DNA of 64,000 bases. Origin: Octopus sinensis. Lineage: Eukaryota. The stretch is taken from assembly GCF_006345805.1 (NCBI RefSeq), contig NC_043007.1, positions 61,194,001-61,258,000 on the forward strand, written 5' to 3'. The notes beneath the pieces were generated by a model. It worked only from the letters and a program-made list of their open reading frames with translations. It had not been told where the DNA came from and searched no databases. The translations under genes and the position numbers were made by a program. Within the stretch, counting starts at the first letter, position 1. Each line of letters begins with the position of its first letter. This document shows, piece after piece, positions 61,481 to 64,000 of this stretch.

Positions 61481-62944
61481 ACACTACCCTCTCTGGATTG
61501 TGCAGCTGTATCATAGACTTTAGACCTCTTCCATTGATTCTACACCATCTAGCCTTATGACTTTACAATCAAAGGGGACATAAGTCTAATTCTTTTTCTT
61601 TTTTCCTTTCTTTTTCTATTTTTTTCACCATTCCACTTTTTGAACCCACCTTCATCTTGCTTTTTTTCTTTTGATTTCTCTTGTTCTCTTTTTTCTGATT
61701 TGTAACTAGTATAGGCCATGTGGCCAGAGCCTGAAGATAACTTGGAGACACCAGGCATGTTTTAAAATCTGCCAAGATAAAATCTTCGATGTATGAAACT
61801 ATTAGCAGCTCATAACTATATACTGATTACATTAATCGATATTTATCTCTCACCAGATGGAGTGCCTTTTTTGTTGATCTTATCTTAACAGAAAAGTACA
61901 CCACCACCACCGCCGCCGCCGCCGCCGTCACCGCCACCACCACCACCATCATCATCATCATTGTTTAATGTCTGCTTTCCATGCAGACATGGGTCGGACA
62001 ACTTGACATGAGCCGGCCAGGCAGAAGACTACCTCAGGCTACTGTGTCTGTTTTGGCAGTGCTTTATGGTTGGATGCTCTTCCTAAAACCAGCCACTCTG
62101 TGGAGTAGACTGAGTGCTTTTTATGTGGCACCAGTACAGGTGAGGTCAGTTTTGGCATGGTTTTTACAGCTGGATGCCCTTCCAAATGTCAACCACTTTA
62201 CAGTGTGGACTGGATGTTCTTTACGTGGCACCAACACTGGCAGGGTCACCAAGGAATTTTGAGAGGAGAGGAGGCATTGGAGGAGGTAATCTTGTGTCTG
62301 ATAATGTGAGGTTAGAGTGAGACAGAGAGGCAGAAACAGGTGTCTTGCTCTAGAGGAGGTATATGGTTATGGGAGAGAGAGAAAGAGGGAGAAGGAGAAA
62401 GAGAGTGAGAGAAAGAAAGAGGGGGAAGGAGAAAGAGAGAGAGAAAGAAAGAGGGGGAAGGAGAAAGAGAGAGAGAAAGAGGGGGAAGTAGAGAGAGAGA
62501 GGTGTGCTGATGTAAAAGAGATACTTGGTTACCTAGCCAGAGGAAAAAGCAAGAGAAGGAGAGAGAGAGAGTGAGAGAAATAGCAAAGGTACAAGAGAGA
62601 GCAGGAGGTAGATGGTAGTGAAGTGCTATAGTATACTCACAAGTAACAGGGATCAGAACATTGATGGGATGGTAGAGTAAGGAAGGGAGAGATAAATGGT
62701 GGCAATTGCCAAGGCATGTCTTCAAGGTACAGAGGTCATAATATATATAAATGTCATCATCATCATTGTCGAATTTCAGTATATATATATATATGATGAG
62801 GATTTTATGGTGGGTAAAAAGACAGAAAAATATTGCGGCTTACCATATTCATTATCATCACCAACATTTTCGTTTGTTTGGGTAACATTTGAAACTTCAG
62901 CAACATTTGGATCTAACTCTTCTGTAACTTCTTTTAAAGCATGA

Positions 62945-63015
<71 letters not shown>

Positions 63016-63021
63016 TGATAA

Positions 63022-63432
63022 TAGTCCTATGGGGTTGACTGACTATGAGATTGAAGAAAGACAACCAGATACTATCATTCTGGACAAAGTGTCAAAAGAG
63101 TGCATCATCAAAGATGTGGCTGTGTCTACTGATATGTTAAAGAACAGGTAAAAAATTAGAAATTTCTGAAACTTAGTAAGGGAAATGCAAAGGTTGTGGA
63201 GGGTTTCTGCAAAAGTAATCCTAGTCGTTATAAGCATCCTGGATACTGTTAGCATCAGACTTCATAGTTTCCTTAATGAGAGTGGACTAACTATGAGAAT
63301 TTCATCAATACAGAAATATGTTCTTTTAGGAAGAGCAAAGATTGCTAGAAAAGTCCTTGATATCTAAGGAAACTAGTTGTGACCCAGTAACAAAGACACT
63401 GATTCCAAATGTAACACATTTGTGCATACCAT
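63022..63432 (+). mobile_element. 5'-truncated Dong/R4-type LINE (restriction-like endonuclease end) inside (AAT)n
   Basis: QPDTIILDKVSKECIIKDVAV...MQRLWRV...IQKYVLLGRAKIARKVLDI* matches the RPDI...D...D.A.P...LQK..LLG.A.ILRKVL consensus; (AAT)n on both sides. Confidence 0.75.
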
Positions 63433-63447
63433 TAAATAATAATAATG

Positions 63448-63494
<47 letters not shown>

Positions 63495-63498
<4 letters not shown>

Positions 63499-63790
63499 GT
63501 TTCAAATTTTGGCACAGGGCCAGCAGTTTTTGAAGGGAAGAGGAAGTTGTTACTTGGCTGGAACTTATTCTAACAACCCTGATATGATAAAAGGCAAAGT
63601 CGACCATGGCAGAATCTGAACTCAGAACGTCAAGATGGATGAAATGGTGCTAAGCATTTTGTCTCATGTGCTAATGATTCTGCCAACTCTCTTACTTATA
63701 ATGGTTTCAAATTTTGGCACAAGGCCAGCAGTTTAGTGAAAGGGGTAAGGATTACATCAACCATATGCTCAACTGTGGTGTGCTAATTAT
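63495..63790 (-). mobile_element. Family-A SINE copies after (AAT)n
   Basis: GGTTTCAAATTTTGGCACA...AAAGGCAAAGTCGACC...TGAACTCAGAACG blocks. Confidence 0.7.
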
Positions 63791-63834
63791 TCTGCCAGCT
63801 TACTGCCTTCAGGTTGACGATGATGATGATGATG

Positions 63835-63871
<37 letters not shown>

Positions 63872-63888
63872 TAATTGTGGTGATGATG

Positions 63889-63923
<35 letters not shown>

Positions 63924-64000
63924 ATACTAGTTGTAATAATGCTGGTGGTAGTGAAAATATTGGTATTTGTAGTAATAACAGTAATAATATGTCAGGTCAC

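Noticed and set aside
63022-63790. Idea that the Dong/R4 LINE mobilises the (AAT)n-associated SINE family A
   Set aside because: The SINE sense strand ends in (ATT)n while Dong ends in (TAA)n, i.e. opposite orientation, and their 3' ends share no visible similarity.

Overview
AT-rich, repeat-dense eukaryotic (metazoan) genomic DNA. The SINE/LINE/microsatellite complement looks like a coleoid cephalopod, probably Octopus (inference, no database search). Host genes read by eye from splice sites and reading phase: (1) the last six coding exons of an RMDN/FAM82-family TPR gene (+, 2805-18697; 5' end upstream of the window); (2) a four-exon COX20 (-, 50767 to 38889) whose exon 3 is 1 nt short as sequenced; (3) the 3' exons of an unidentified gene (-, 60594 to 56119). 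The rest is mostly transposon-derived: RTE LINEs with an embedded PHD-like finger, CR1, CRE-like and Dong/R4-like LINE fragments, a Gypsy integrase remnant, MITEs, arrays of tRNA-derived SINEs, and microsatellites. The most striking signal is a cluster of Penelope-like element (PLE) derivatives carrying minimal type I hammerhead ribozymes inside host introns. These are a GIY-YIG PLE with ~800-bp near-identical inverted arms and twin hammerheads in COX20 intron 2, a palindromic double-hammerhead cassette 70 nt from the COX20 exon 3 acceptor, and a TSD-flanked 632-bp retrozyme-like element with a 355-bp period, one hammerhead and a perfect 114-bp fold-back in an intron of gene 3. All alignments, folds and family calls were made manually and need computational confirmation.
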